Positions 30,479-41,020 of a stretch of DNA of 64,000 nucleotides are shown piece after piece. Both the position numbers and the translations under genes were made by a program. The stretch covers positions 147,224 to 211,223 of the IMG/VR virus record IMGVR_UViG_3300028805_000041; one strand, given 5' to 3'. The DNA comes from a virus (lineage: Duplodnaviria > Caudoviricetes). The notes beneath the pieces are model-generated. The model was not told the DNA's origin. It did not search any database and saw only the letters and a list, made by a program, of their open reading frames with translations. Position 1 is the first letter of the stretch. Every line of letters begins with the position of its first letter.

Positions 30479-33400
30479 ATGGCAAATTCAGGCGGATATA
30501 TAGTAAGAAGAAGCAACTACACATTACTCCAGCACCATAAGTCTCTTTCATCGGGAACGATTTATGTAAGGGACTACATGACCACAAACGGAACAAATTG
30601 GGCTGCATCAGACACGCTTCCATATGGTGAATCGAATTTCAGGATAATCAGGACAAGACAAACACCGACAAGCCGTGAACACGGAAAGAACAATTGGGTA
30701 TTGTGGTGTGATGGAAGCGAGGAGTCACCTGACGTTGAGTGTGATGTTTGGACTTATAATACAATTTCGGATGATAAGAGCACAGAGAGTGAAATAAAGA
30801 TAAAGCCCGATTATTCGACATTACGTGACTTTGTATATTATGGAAGTTGTGTTGAGACAATAAAAAACGCAATTAAACATATTATTACAACGTTCCCTGG
30901 TGAACTGTATGTAACTGACATTAAATATGGAAGTTTTAGAGACCTTGACAATATACACGACCCAAGTGGTGACACAAAAAACGAAGAGGAATTTGTAGTC
31001 GTTTCAAATCCGTTTAACATAAACATATCAAGTTTAAGGGTTCCATCACACATACCGAATCTTAACAGGATGAGATTTTTCTGTAATTATTTCGGAGATG
31101 TAAGTGCATATACCCATGAGATGTACAATCTTATAACATTTGTTGACAGGGGTGATGTGATAGAAGAGGTTATCGAAAATTTGGATTGGAATGTTGAAAG
31201 ATTCTCCCCTAAATGCGGTAACGGACAATATATGGACGGACAACTTGTGGCAAAGGTAACAATAAAAACCGAGCCAAAGGCTTCCAGTGGCGACACAGAA
31301 GATGACAAATCGGGTGATTTTGTGATATATCAATTCTATAAGGACAGGGAATTCATACTCTTAACAGAACCGGTCAATAAAAACAAGAGGATCAGACCGA
31401 ATGAAGAATACATCACAGATTTCTTTAATAACCTGATTGGTGTAGAACAACTATTGCTCAATCCAAACAGTAATCCAAAATATACAACAAGGATAGAATA
31501 TCCGTTTGAAAGTGAGTATGGCATCCTGACAAGACACGATGACATAACATGGCATACGGATAATGGCGGTTGGAATATCATAGTCGATGCCAATATGGAT
31601 TTATTCAGAAATTTTGTCAACAAACTGTTGGGTGTCGCGGAAGCGTATGATGAATACTACACAAACAATTTGTGGAAGAATATGGTTCATCCTTCAATTA
31701 AGAATATGGACCTTACATATGTTAACGAGAAGACACAGGAAGACAGTACAGACTTCAATATTGGTCTGACAAAGATGGAAAAACTGATGTATTCCTATGG
31801 CATTTTCTTTGACATTATTAAAAGACACATTGATAATATCAAGACCGTAAACAAGATTTCATATAACGGATATAACAACAATCCGGACTATTTCCTGTCA
31901 GATATGGTTGATATGTCAGGATGGGAGGTATATAGCGCGGTGAACGGGCTTAACAGAAATGCCGTGACCGATGAAGATATTTTTCCCGGACTTATTCAGC
32001 AGTTTACAACAAATGACGCAAATGTACACTTCCTCAGAAACCTTAAGATAAATTCAAAGAATATATTGTTGAACAAGGGAACAAGGGAAGGACTTGAAGA
32101 AATATTCGCACTATTTGGTTTAACCTCTTATGACTTTGCGGAAAGTCTTGCAAAAGTAAATGGGTTACCAACAGACACAGGCTTAACCTATGACTATAAG
32201 ATAGATGAGTTTATTTGTGTGGCAAAACCGAGAACTGGGTGTACCGGCATATACAGTGGCACAAGTGAACTTGATTGGACATTCGATGTTGATGATGATG
32301 CAAATGTAGAAGTGTTCAATACTTTTAAGAACACATACAATCCTGAGGGTGGAAAACTCGAAGGTTTGCCATTGGCAACCGTTTATTGCACAAAAACAAA
32401 TGACAGTGGTGACACATATACAATAAAATACTTCGTGCCTTGGTTCAATAACGGAACAAAATATGACGGTGATTTGTATTATCAGATGAATGGCGGTTGG
32501 GGTAGTACAGACAAGATTATTCTCAATTCGAATACGCCAAGTCACAAATTGACTGCAATAACAGCAGATGACGAATATAAACTGTATGATGAAACAGTAA
32601 GAAACCTTATTGTTGTTAGCAATGTGCACGACCTGACACTGATACCGCTTGCATTCTTGAGAGACGGTATGATAGTGAAATACGAACCAAACGATTACAG
32701 TTTGGATTTAGACCGTGTTGCAAGAGATATTGAATATGAGTTTGGTGTTACAGGAATAACAGATGAATGTTCGAATTATTTCATATTGAGAAACAAAGAC
32801 TATTCCAACTATTACTCAGACTATGGAATTGAAACAGATGAAGTTGACGATGGGGTTGACAGACGCGGGTGGGAAAATATACCACAATCTGAGTTGGAAA
32901 TGGAAGGAAGCGGAATGACGACAGATGCCAAGAAAGTCCTTTATGTGGAGAATATAATAGAGGACAAGAAGGCAAACAACCCACATGATGGTTATTGGAA
33001 ATACGATAGCGGTAAGGAATACATAGAGTATTTCGATAAAATCTTCAAATACTCCATAGAGAACAATAATTTCAATAGTAATGCATATTATTGTAACTCA
33101 GACCGTACAGCCGAATACGAAGATGAAAATCCGTGTAACCAATGCAATAATCTGTTGGACGAGATATCGTGTATAGGATTTGACAACCTTATTGACAAGA
33201 ATGGAAATGTCAACTATCTGTTGGATAATATGAAGTGTTGGTTTTTCTCGGACGGAACAAAAAATATTGATGCCGAAACAGAAGGTGTTCCTGTTTACAC
33301 TAAGTATAATGATGAAATGGAAACCATTAGTGGTATAACCGAAATACACAGAACGGTTGAATGTGCTGCCAGTGGAAATACGGACCTCATCAATCACGTT

Positions 33401-33730
33401 GGCGAAATACCAATTGATGAAATGTACGATGATGTTGATTGCGCGATGCCATATAATGCTACGGGATATACTGAAACAACCCGTCTTGATTCCGAATTCA
33501 CACCATTTGACTTCGAGAGTGATGATAACGAGGGAAGAAATAACGAATCCGCCGCAAATTCAATCATCAATACAAAGGGTGTAAGAATTACATTCAATCT
33601 ATGCGGTGATGAGGAAACCATCGAAGAAAGAGTGCATTTGTATCAGAGTATACTGAAATATGCAAAACAAGTAATACCATCAGGTGCAATACTTGAAACA
33701 GTTTTTAACATAAAAAAAATAAAAAAATGA
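30479..33730 (+). CDS. Baseplate wedge protein (gpI/gp7-like)
   Basis: PDYFLSDMVDMSGW, ILLNKGTREGLEEIFALFG, C-terminal VIPSG. Confidence 0.6.
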   Translation: MANSGGYIVRRSNYTLLQHHKSLSSGTIYVRDYMTTNGTNWAASDTLPYGESNFRIIRTRQTPTSREHGKNNWVLWCDGSEESPDVECDVWTYNTISDDKSTESEIKIKPDYSTLRDFVYYGSCVETIKNAIKHIITTFPGELYVTDIKYGSFRDLDNIHDPSGDTKNEEEFVVVSNPFNINISSLRVPSHIPNLNRMRFFCNYFGDVSAYTHEMYNLITFVDRGDVIEEVIENLDWNVERFSPKCGNGQYMDGQLVAKVTIKTEPKASSGDTEDDKSGDFVIYQFYKDREFILLTEPVNKNKRIRPNEEYITDFFNNLIGVEQLLLNPNSNPKYTTRIEYPFESEYGILTRHDDITWHTDNGGWNIIVDANMDLFRNFVNKLLGVAEAYDEYYTNNLWKNMVHPSIKNMDLTYVNEKTQEDSTDFNIGLTKMEKLMYSYGIFFDIIKRHIDNIKTVNKISYNGYNNNPDYFLSDMVDMSGWEVYSAVNGLNRNAVTDEDIFPGLIQQFTTNDANVHFLRNLKINSKNILLNKGTREGLEEIFALFGLTSYDFAESLAKVNGLPTDTGLTYDYKIDEFICVAKPRTGCTGIYSGTSELDWTFDVDDDANVEVFNTFKNTYNPEGGKLEGLPLATVYCTKTNDSGDTYTIKYFVPWFNNGTKYDGDLYYQMNGGWGSTDKIILNSNTPSHKLTAITADDEYKLYDETVRNLIVVSNVHDLTLIPLAFLRDGMIVKYEPNDYSLDLDRVARDIEYEFGVTGITDECSNYFILRNKDYSNYYSDYGIETDEVDDGVDRRGWENIPQSELEMEGSGMTTDAKKVLYVENIIEDKKANNPHDGYWKYDSGKEYIEYFDKIFKYSIENNNFNSNAYYCNSDRTAEYEDENPCNQCNNLLDEISCIGFDNLIDKNGNVNYLLDNMKCWFFSDGTKNIDAETEGVPVYTKYNDEMETISGITEIHRTVECAASGNTDLINHVGEIPIDEMYDDVDCAMPYNATGYTETTRLDSEFTPFDFESDDNEGRNNESAANSIINTKGVRITFNLCGDEETIEERVHLYQSILKYAKQVIPSGAILETVFNIKKIKK

Positions 33731-33737
33731 GCGAATC

Positions 33738-34565
33738 TTATAAGTTTAAGATTCGCTCCTCGTCTTTATCAATATCCTCTATATCATTTATGGAGAAGGT
33801 ATAATAACCGTAATTGTCATTCGGTATATCGTGTACCTCATATGTTCTATTTTCAACATCCCACACAACAAAACCGTGACCGCTTATGTTTTCTCCGTGA
33901 TCCTGTTGTATAAGACTGCCACAATACACCAAAGGTACGCCATCTGCCTTTATCTCCTGTCTTTTGTGTATGTGTCCTAAGATACCGAAATCCAAATCAT
34001 CAAAATAGGAAGCCTCGATTCCGTTCTCCGACTGATAACCCGCATCTGTCTTTGCGCTCTTGATATCTCCGTGAAAAAGTCCGACAAATGTACTGTTTGG
34101 ATGACTGATTCTGTATTCCTTTATGTTTGGCTTTGCAAATTTGTCAAATGTTGAATAGAGACACCACATTATGTTTTCATCTTCAAGACAATCGGATTCA
34201 CGGTTCATTTCTTTGTCCAAATAAAACACACGGTTAAACTTAACCATCGAAAAAATTGCACTCAACGGATCAATCCTAGTCAGATTTCCCATATTCATAT
34301 CATGATTTCCTGCGATAACAATAGTACTTGCAATTTCATCCAATTGTTTTAAAAACCATGATGCAAGTATATAACCCTCGCTACTAATGTCAAGTTTATT
34401 ATGAAGAAGGTCTCCCGCTATAACAATTCTTGTGTTCTCGGCACCGTTTTCTTCCGTTATTCTTTTACACTCTTCTATAAATTTTGTCAGGCATTCCAAA
34501 TATTCATTCTGTCTTTTAAAATTCCTAATGTGAATGTCTGCACATGCAATAATTTTTGTAATCAT
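33738..34565 (-). CDS. Mre11/SbcD/gp47-like metallophosphoesterase nuclease
   Basis: ADIH, AGDLLH, AGNHD, FHG, LGHIH, GSLIQQDHGE. Confidence 0.9.
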   Translation of the reverse strand: MITKIIACADIHIRNFKRQNEYLECLTKFIEECKRITEENGAENTRIVIAGDLLHNKLDISSEGYILASWFLKQLDEIASTIVIAGNHDMNMGNLTRIDPLSAIFSMVKFNRVFYLDKEMNRESDCLEDENIMWCLYSTFDKFAKPNIKEYRISHPNSTFVGLFHGDIKSAKTDAGYQSENGIEASYFDDLDFGILGHIHKRQEIKADGVPLVYCGSLIQQDHGENISGHGFVVWDVENRTYEVHDIPNDNYGYYTFSINDIEDIDKDEERILNL

Positions 34566-35563
34566 TAAAAAACTAATTCGTATTCTTTAAATTGTAATTT
34601 ATTTTTAATGGTGTTTATGACACCTTTTTTCCCTTCGTTCTCATAAACCTCTCCGATATCCTTGTATTTTTCCATTCTGACATACCATATCTTATTCTTC
34701 AATCTCCCGAAATTCAAAAGACCGTATATTCTCTTAGTCTCTGTTATATCCGTATCGGAATCCAATACGATTATTATGTTTCCATTTGCCCTCTTGGTCA
34801 GACTCCCAAACAATGCAGTGTCCTTAGTCAGTTTCTTTCCTAACATCGATATGGCATTCACAGGATAAAGACAGTCAATTGCCCCTTCGCACAATATGAT
34901 GTCAAAATCCCAATTTATATGCGATTCCTGAAAGATTATCTTCTTTTTATCTGAATCGCAGTTCTTGTATTTTATTTTCTGCGTACCTGTGAAATCTCTC
35001 CCAACCCAATAGTTCAAATCACCATATTCATCATACGATGGTATTATAATACGGTTTCTCATCATCCTCTCATATTCGTTCCAAGATGTGTAACCGATGT
35101 TGAATTTGTCAATTATGTTCTGATCAATTTTTCTCTTTTCAAGATATTTCCTTAAAGTGTCAGGACAATTTGAAAGGTCTATTTTTGAAAATGTTCTCGG
35201 TAATGTTATGAATGTTTCATTCTCCTCTTCCTTTTTGGCGGAAAAAAGATTGATGTCATACATCTTGCTCTTAATAAGAAATGTTATTTCATCCTTATAT
35301 CTCTTATATAAGAGCGGGGTACCGTATTTCTTTACAAGATATCTTATGTTTCCCTTTGTTCCGTCAGTATCGCCGCATTTCCAACAATTGTACTTTCCAA
35401 GTTTTAAATTAACCTCCAAATTATATTTGTTATCGGGTTTTCCACCATTTTCCTCAGCACAACACGGACAATTGAATTGATATTGATCAGTGTCCTTATT
35501 GTAATCACCCTGCCTGCTTGCGCCCAATATTTCCTCTAAAATCCGATAAATTTTCTCAAACAT
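34565..35563 (-). CDS. DNA primase
   Basis: Zinc finger CPCC...CWKC, RIIIP, GRDF, KYKN, TOPRIM EGAID and LDSD; ATG 35563 preferred. Confidence 0.88.
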   Translation of the reverse strand: MFEKIYRILEEILGASRQGDYNKDTDQYQFNCPCCAEENGGKPDNKYNLEVNLKLGKYNCWKCGDTDGTKGNIRYLVKKYGTPLLYKRYKDEITFLIKSKMYDINLFSAKKEEENETFITLPRTFSKIDLSNCPDTLRKYLEKRKIDQNIIDKFNIGYTSWNEYERMMRNRIIIPSYDEYGDLNYWVGRDFTGTQKIKYKNCDSDKKKIIFQESHINWDFDIILCEGAIDCLYPVNAISMLGKKLTKDTALFGSLTKRANGNIIIVLDSDTDITETKRIYGLLNFGRLKNKIWYVRMEKYKDIGEVYENEGKKGVINTIKNKLQFKEYELVF

Positions 35564-35579
35564 AAAATTAACTTTTGAA

Positions 35580-35610
35580 CAAATATACAAAAAAAAATGG
35601 GCAATTCAAA
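35580..35610 (-). promoter_or_regulatory. Bacteroidota-type promoter TTTG-N19-TATATTTG for primase/Mre11
   Basis: Minus strand reads TTTGaattgcccatttttttttgTATATTTG. Confidence 0.75.
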
Positions 35611-35625
35611 TTGAATCACCCATTT
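35589..35625 (-). terminator. Terminator of the fibre operon
   Basis: AAATGGG...CCCATTT stem followed by T9 on the minus strand. Confidence 0.7.
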
Positions 35626-35647
35626 ATCTTAGTTTAATAGTAAAAAA

Positions 35648-37330
35648 CTATTCAACATCATCGCCACCGTAGTAGAGCATACCGTAGAGAGCGCCACTTT
35701 CATTCTTTGCAATCTCAATGTGACCTGCATCAACAGTTGAAGCGGTACCCGTTTCGAGGTTAACCTCAACATTGTTGCCTGTAGCACCTGTGGTTACAGT
35801 GATTGTCTGACCGGTTGACTCAATCTTAGAAGCGTTGCTTGCAGCATCAATCTTCTGATAAACATCATCGAATGATTGAGTGATTGAACTTGTTGCGGGA
35901 AGAATTGTGGTAGCACCACTTGTTACAGCCTGACCAAGTTGGATTTCAGTTGCATCGATGGTTATTGCGGTACCTGTATTGTTGTTGACACTCTGTACAG
36001 CAGTACCGGCAGCGGTAACGGCATCAGTAAGAGCCTGAGTAGCAGAAACGGTTACGGCGTGGTCTGTTGCGCTTGCACTAACCAATGTATCACCTGTAGC
36101 AGTTACGTCAGGATATGAACCGTAAGTAACACTTATCTTACCATCGGTTTCGGTAACATCGGCAACAAATGAGTTTTCTGTTGGCTTTGTGTTTGTGGTG
36201 CTTCCATCCAAGCCTGCAATTGCTGTAGCAATCTTATTGTCAACAGAACCTGCGGTTGTGCTATCAGCCTTCAAGGTGTTGACATCACTTTCAATGGCCT
36301 GAGTTGTTGCACTAAGTTGACTGACGCCAGTGTTAACACCTTCAATTGCGGCAGCAATCTTTTGGTCAACAGAACCCGTAGTAGCACTGTTAGCATTCAG
36401 AGTTGTGATAGCCTGTGTGTTGGCACTTGTAAGACCACTGAGAGCCACAATGTCTTGAGAAACACCACTTGTGATTGCTGTGGCAGCAAAACCTTCAGTC
36501 GTCAAACCGGAGGCATCCTTAAGAACAACGTTACCGTTGTCGAGCATTACATCTACAATGTCAGTACGCATTAATGTTTCAATGTCGTCCGCATTTGCTT
36601 TGCTCTTGTCATAGAGGTCTTGAAGAGCGGCCTGTACTTTAGTTGTTGCAGCAACTTCGGTATCACCTGTGATGGCTGTGCCAATCTCGATGTCATTTGC
36701 ATCAATGGTAACTGTATTACCGGTTTCACCATTTACGCTCTGAACGGCGCTGTTAGCATTTGCGACAGCAGAAGTAAGGTCCTGAGTAGCAGAAACAGTT
36801 ACGCTGTGTCCTGTTGCAGTTGCACTAACCAATGTATCACCTGTAGCGGTTACTTGAGACTCAGTTGGGAGAGTACCATAAGTTACGGTTACGATACCAT
36901 CGGTTTCGGTTACGTCAGCAACGTATGCATTTTCTGCTGGCTTTGTGCCTTCGACAGCACCATCCAAACCTGCAATTGCTGTAGCAATCTTTTGGTCAAC
37001 AGAACCTGAAACACCACTGTTAGCATTCAGGGTTTCAACATCAACTGCAATACCTGAAGTAGTTGCGCTGAGAGTGGCAAGGTCTTGAGTGATAGCGGTA
37101 GTAGCACCTGAGATAGAGTCAACGAATGCTCTCCAAGTAGCAAAACCTTCAGGAAGACTTCCAAGAAGAGTCTTTATCTCTTCGGCTGTACCGTACTTCT
37201 TACCGTTAAGTTGGAGATAACCATCAGTCTTACCTGTGTTAGTTCTCACGAAATAGAGCACATCACTGTCAAATGTACCAGTGGTGGCGCTTGTTAAAAT
37301 AATACCTTTTAAAAGATGTTTGTTTTCCAT
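35648..37330 (-). CDS. Fibre/adhesin-like protein, Thr/Ala-rich, internally duplicated
   Basis: GSVDQKIATAI repeats, VQSVNG; C-terminal GDDVE. Confidence 0.65.
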   Translation of the reverse strand: MENKHLLKGIILTSATTGTFDSDVLYFVRTNTGKTDGYLQLNGKKYGTAEEIKTLLGSLPEGFATWRAFVDSISGATTAITQDLATLSATTSGIAVDVETLNANSGVSGSVDQKIATAIAGLDGAVEGTKPAENAYVADVTETDGIVTVTYGTLPTESQVTATGDTLVSATATGHSVTVSATQDLTSAVANANSAVQSVNGETGNTVTIDANDIEIGTAITGDTEVAATTKVQAALQDLYDKSKANADDIETLMRTDIVDVMLDNGNVVLKDASGLTTEGFAATAITSGVSQDIVALSGLTSANTQAITTLNANSATTGSVDQKIAAAIEGVNTGVSQLSATTQAIESDVNTLKADSTTAGSVDNKIATAIAGLDGSTTNTKPTENSFVADVTETDGKISVTYGSYPDVTATGDTLVSASATDHAVTVSATQALTDAVTAAGTAVQSVNNNTGTAITIDATEIQLGQAVTSGATTILPATSSITQSFDDVYQKIDAASNASKIESTGQTITVTTGATGNNVEVNLETGTASTVDAGHIEIAKNESGALYGMLYYGGDDVE

Positions 37331-37357
37331 TCTGTTATAATTAATTAATTATCTTTA

Positions 37358-37957
37358 TTATGCGTTTGTTTCGAAATCATCTCCTGCGAGAGATATTGCG
37401 GTCTCGGTTGAGGAGACGCGGACATCCAATGCCGCCACGTCGCTCTCAATGTCGCCAGAGGCCGACGATTGTGCGATTTTTTGTAGTGAGTTGCCTGTAA
37501 CAACGTATAATCCCGGATCGTATGTCGTATAGTCTTCGCCTTCGGGTTCTGTTGTTGTGTAAATTGTTTCACCGCTTTCTTCATATGAATATGTTCTTGT
37601 TTTCACATACACCATGCGTCCTGCGTTTTCAGGTGAAGCATATTCAAGGGCGTCGGAGTAGTCGTTTACCACCACAGTAGAGAGTGGCGAACCGACCTCC
37701 TTAAGACCCTTAACTCCATCTTCACCCTCAGTGATGACGTACACAGTAACATTACCGTTTTCGTATACGGTAAGAACCTGTCCGACGAATGACGTACCGC
37801 CCAAACCCCTACTATCGCTACCATCACCTTTGGCGTAGGCAGTTGCATCAGCCAATGAACTGAACAAGTCTGTTCTGTCCAAAGGTACTGGTGCCGTTCT
37901 TTGGAGAACGTTTGCCCAGTTCAATTTACTTTTAAAAATTTCAATATAACTTGCCAT
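37358..37957 (-). CDS. Fibre adaptor-like protein (199 aa)
   Basis: N-terminal PLDR...FVGQVLTV domain; C-terminal SASGDI coiled coil and GDDFE. Confidence 0.6.
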   Translation of the reverse strand: MASYIEIFKSKLNWANVLQRTAPVPLDRTDLFSSLADATAYAKGDGSDSRGLGGTSFVGQVLTVYENGNVTVYVITEGEDGVKGLKEVGSPLSTVVVNDYSDALEYASPENAGRMVYVKTRTYSYEESGETIYTTTEPEGEDYTTYDPGLYVVTGNSLQKIAQSSASGDIESDVAALDVRVSSTETAISLAGDDFETNA

Positions 37958-37969
37958 TTATTCTTTTAT

Positions 37970-39439
37970 TTATGATAACGTTATTGTGTAGGTGTTAGCG
38001 TCAAGGTCAGTGGATGGTGTCCAAGACCAAACGTCATACGCTACTGAATCATAGTCGTTGGCCGAAAATACATTTACACTACCCTGTTTCTCGAAGTTAC
38101 CCGTTATAGCGGCCTCAGATGCATTCCTGTCCGTAACCTTGACCAATGTCTTGTTTGCAGATGATGGGAAAGCAAATAGGACTTGTTTCGTACCGTTTGC
38201 GGTTACGAGCGAGAGTGAATTGGAACTTGTCCATCCACTGTACTGTAAACCTCTTACTGTTGAACTTGTTATTTGGGCAACAGGAGAAGAGAGATAGCCG
38301 TAGAAGTATTTTCTTGCACCTGTTATTGTTTTTGATGCACTGTTTGTAGCGACAAGTGTCTTTCCGTTTGTCCAATCAGACGGTGTCGTGATTGTGAGCA
38401 CATTATCCGTTTCCTTATCGTTCTGATAATAGTTGCCTAAGTTTGTGGCAATGTAGATATTGTCGTTAGACACAGTGTTGCTTGCAGTGTAAGTTTTACC
38501 TGATTGCGATACTGTCACCTTATTAGTGCCCTGCGTTACCGTCAATGCTTCACCATTGAGGTTTTCATTTGTTACCGTGCGTCCTGTTGCGCCGTTGAAA
38601 CCTGTGTATGCAACGGTAAGTGAAACGTCCTCATTGCTGACAGTTGGTGTCAATGTTTGAGTATATTTTGTGTTTGAGTATTTGGTTTCGCCTATCTTGT
38701 AGCCGTAATCAAACGTTGATGCTGAAATATACTGAGATGCAGATGATGTCTTCGGTGAAACACTGCTCAAGGTAACAGTTGAACCGACCTCTTGTGTGGC
38801 TGCTGTGTTTGAAAGGGTGATTGTAGGTGCAGCAACAGACACACCGAAGTGATTGTACTGTTGTACACTTGCTGCCCATTTCTCGACACAGAGCATACTT
38901 ACGAGGAAATCCTGAATGGATGTTCCTGAAGGAATCTTACCATTCGAATATGCCTCCATTGCAAGGTCAGCCAAAGGTCCACCTGCGATTGTTATATCCG
39001 ATGATGTGACAGTTGCGTCAGTATCAACTCCGTTAACTTCCAACTCATTGTTTGAATTGAGTTTCAGGAAGTTTTTGTTTGTGTCCACATCATCAACCGC
39101 ATTTTCAGTTTCATCAGCAACGTTAACCGAAATGGCACCGTCATAAATGGTAATTGCAGAACCCTCTACAAGTTGTGCATCGGCAATCATTGATGCGATA
39201 TCCACAGTATTACCTGTTTCGTCAATAATACCGGCGTCTGACAAAATCTGATAGATGTCATTAACAGACTCCATTGATTCGTCATATACACCATAGCATC
39301 TATTACCGAAATAGATTTTACCATAGGTATCTTGTGCATTCTCACGAACTAACCACAAAAATGCTTTTCTATCCTCAACAGAAGCGCTGTCATACGTAGA
39401 TTGGTATGCTTGCTTTATACCTTTGAAGATTATTTCCAT
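37970..39439 (-). CDS. Fibre protein (489 aa)
   Basis: N-terminal KGIKQ...IYFGNR domain; S/T-rich beta region; C-terminal YFYG...AFP domain. Confidence 0.6.
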   Translation of the reverse strand: MEIIFKGIKQAYQSTYDSASVEDRKAFLWLVRENAQDTYGKIYFGNRCYGVYDESMESVNDIYQILSDAGIIDETGNTVDIASMIADAQLVEGSAITIYDGAISVNVADETENAVDDVDTNKNFLKLNSNNELEVNGVDTDATVTSSDITIAGGPLADLAMEAYSNGKIPSGTSIQDFLVSMLCVEKWAASVQQYNHFGVSVAAPTITLSNTAATQEVGSTVTLSSVSPKTSSASQYISASTFDYGYKIGETKYSNTKYTQTLTPTVSNEDVSLTVAYTGFNGATGRTVTNENLNGEALTVTQGTNKVTVSQSGKTYTASNTVSNDNIYIATNLGNYYQNDKETDNVLTITTPSDWTNGKTLVATNSASKTITGARKYFYGYLSSPVAQITSSTVRGLQYSGWTSSNSLSLVTANGTKQVLFAFPSSANKTLVKVTDRNASEAAITGNFEKQGSVNVFSANDYDSVAYDVWSWTPSTDLDANTYTITLS

Positions 39440-39523
39440 TTATATTGTGTTTGTTTCTTTTTTTGTTAGCTTATTTAGTTGGGGTAGGAATGTTCCCACC
39501 CCAACATGTGTGTTTGTGTTAAA

Positions 39524-40678
39524 TTACACCTCAACGTCGTCGCCTGTAATGGTGCTGTGCTTGTCAGCCTCCAAAACAGTAACTCTCTGTTCGAGGTTAG
39601 CAACGGCTTGATCGATGTCGCCGCTTGCGGAAGTTGTACCAAGTTTTTGGACTGTGCCTTCACCTGTTACAACATATGCACCCTCCGTATAACCTGTGTC
39701 ACCATATTGGTTGGTGATATAGATTATCTGACCAAGATTGTCCTCTGAAGCGAGTTCCTCTGCTTCTGAGAGAGTTGCTGCGGTTGTTGTTGCCTTTTCT
39801 TCCAAGTCATTAACTGCACTGCTGATTTCGTTAATGTCTGAAGAAATGCCTGAAAGAGCCTCATTTACGTTTTCAACTACTTCGTCAATGGCGTCTTCAA
39901 CGTCTTGCTTTGTAGCATAGTTTGAGAGGTCAAGATTGAAACCGAGTTCAACCCATTCTGTTCCATTCCAAGCATATTCCTTTTCTCCAACCTGATAAAC
40001 GTCACCATTTTCTGCGTCGTTTGGAAGTTCTTCAATTGATTCAACTTCACCCTTGAAGTGCCATACACCCGCAATCTTACCATCAATTTCGTCCTTTGTG
40101 TAGACATTTTCGAGGTCGGCTGTAAGTCCTGAAATTACTTCGTTGATATCAGCAACATCAGACTTCAGGTCAGCAACTTCGTCTTGGAGGTTTGAAACAT
40201 CACCTTGAAGGTCAATGACGTCTTCCTTGATGTCAGCAACATCACCCTGTACTGCTTCAATGTCAGCAACAGCGGCTTGGAAATCAGCAACGTCCACCGT
40301 CTCAGTGAGAGCGGACTGTGCTTCTACGATTGCGCTTTCGAGGTTCTTGAGAATGTCGAGAACATCATCGGCGTTTTGAGAGAGAATTGGATGGTCTGCT
40401 GCGGTGTCTTCTCCGCCAAATGGGAAACCGACGAATTCGCCGTTTTCGTCTAAAAGACCACCAAATGCGGTTTTAAGGTTGTCAGCAAGAGTTGCAGCAG
40501 AACCGTCGTTTGTCTCAGCATAGAGACGATTACCAAAGTAAATCTTTGAACTTACAACGTCGCTACCGTCTAAATCTCTAACAACCCACAAATAGCCTTT
40601 CTTTTCTTCGGCTGTGTAGTCATTCAGATAACTGTTAAGAGTCACCTGTTTAATACCTAAAAATTTAGCATCTGCCAT
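39524..40678 (-). CDS. Coiled-coil fibre protein (384 aa)
   Basis: Heptads DVADIKEDVIDLQGDVSNLQ; VYTKDEID...WHFKG...GDVYQV...WNGTEWVELG motif; C-terminal GDDVEV. Confidence 0.7.
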   Translation of the reverse strand: MADAKFLGIKQVTLNSYLNDYTAEEKKGYLWVVRDLDGSDVVSSKIYFGNRLYAETNDGSAATLADNLKTAFGGLLDENGEFVGFPFGGEDTAADHPILSQNADDVLDILKNLESAIVEAQSALTETVDVADFQAAVADIEAVQGDVADIKEDVIDLQGDVSNLQDEVADLKSDVADINEVISGLTADLENVYTKDEIDGKIAGVWHFKGEVESIEELPNDAENGDVYQVGEKEYAWNGTEWVELGFNLDLSNYATKQDVEDAIDEVVENVNEALSGISSDINEISSAVNDLEEKATTTAATLSEAEELASEDNLGQIIYITNQYGDTGYTEGAYVVTGEGTVQKLGTTSASGDIDQAVANLEQRVTVLEADKHSTITGDDVEV

Positions 40679-40721
40679 AGTTTTTATAAACGTTTATATT
40701 TTAATTATTTATTATTATTTG

Positions 40722-41018
40722 TTAAATACCACTTGTTTCGACATCATTACCTGAAACAACGTCAAGGTTGGCTCTACAGCCTTTTTTCTCCCATGATGTG
40801 TTTGACACACCACTCTTAAGCCAATATTCGGTTGGCTCTCCGTTTTCTCCGTTTAATACGGTTACTGTAAGACCAATAAAACGTTGTGCTCTCGGAATGT
40901 CGTTAAGGTCAGCGAATTCAGGTACGGGCTGCATCTTTGCATCGAGATAGCCCTTTCCGCTCCATCTTCTTTGTTCATCCAGTTCTACTGAATCTGTATA
41001 AGAAATTGTTCTTGCCAT
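40722..41018 (-). CDS. Small fibre adaptor-like protein (98 aa)
   Basis: YLDAK...RFIGLTVTV...EYWL domain; C-terminal GNDVE. Confidence 0.6.
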   Translation of the reverse strand: MARTISYTDSVELDEQRRWSGKGYLDAKMQPVPEFADLNDIPRAQRFIGLTVTVLNGENGEPTEYWLKSGVSNTSWEKKGCRANLDVVSGNDVETSGI

Positions 41019-41020
41019 AT

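Noticed and set aside
35563-35590. MYIC N-terminal extension shared by the primase and ORF 56447
   Set aside because: An artefact of translating the TTGTATATTTG promoter from its TTG; the true starts are the downstream ATGs
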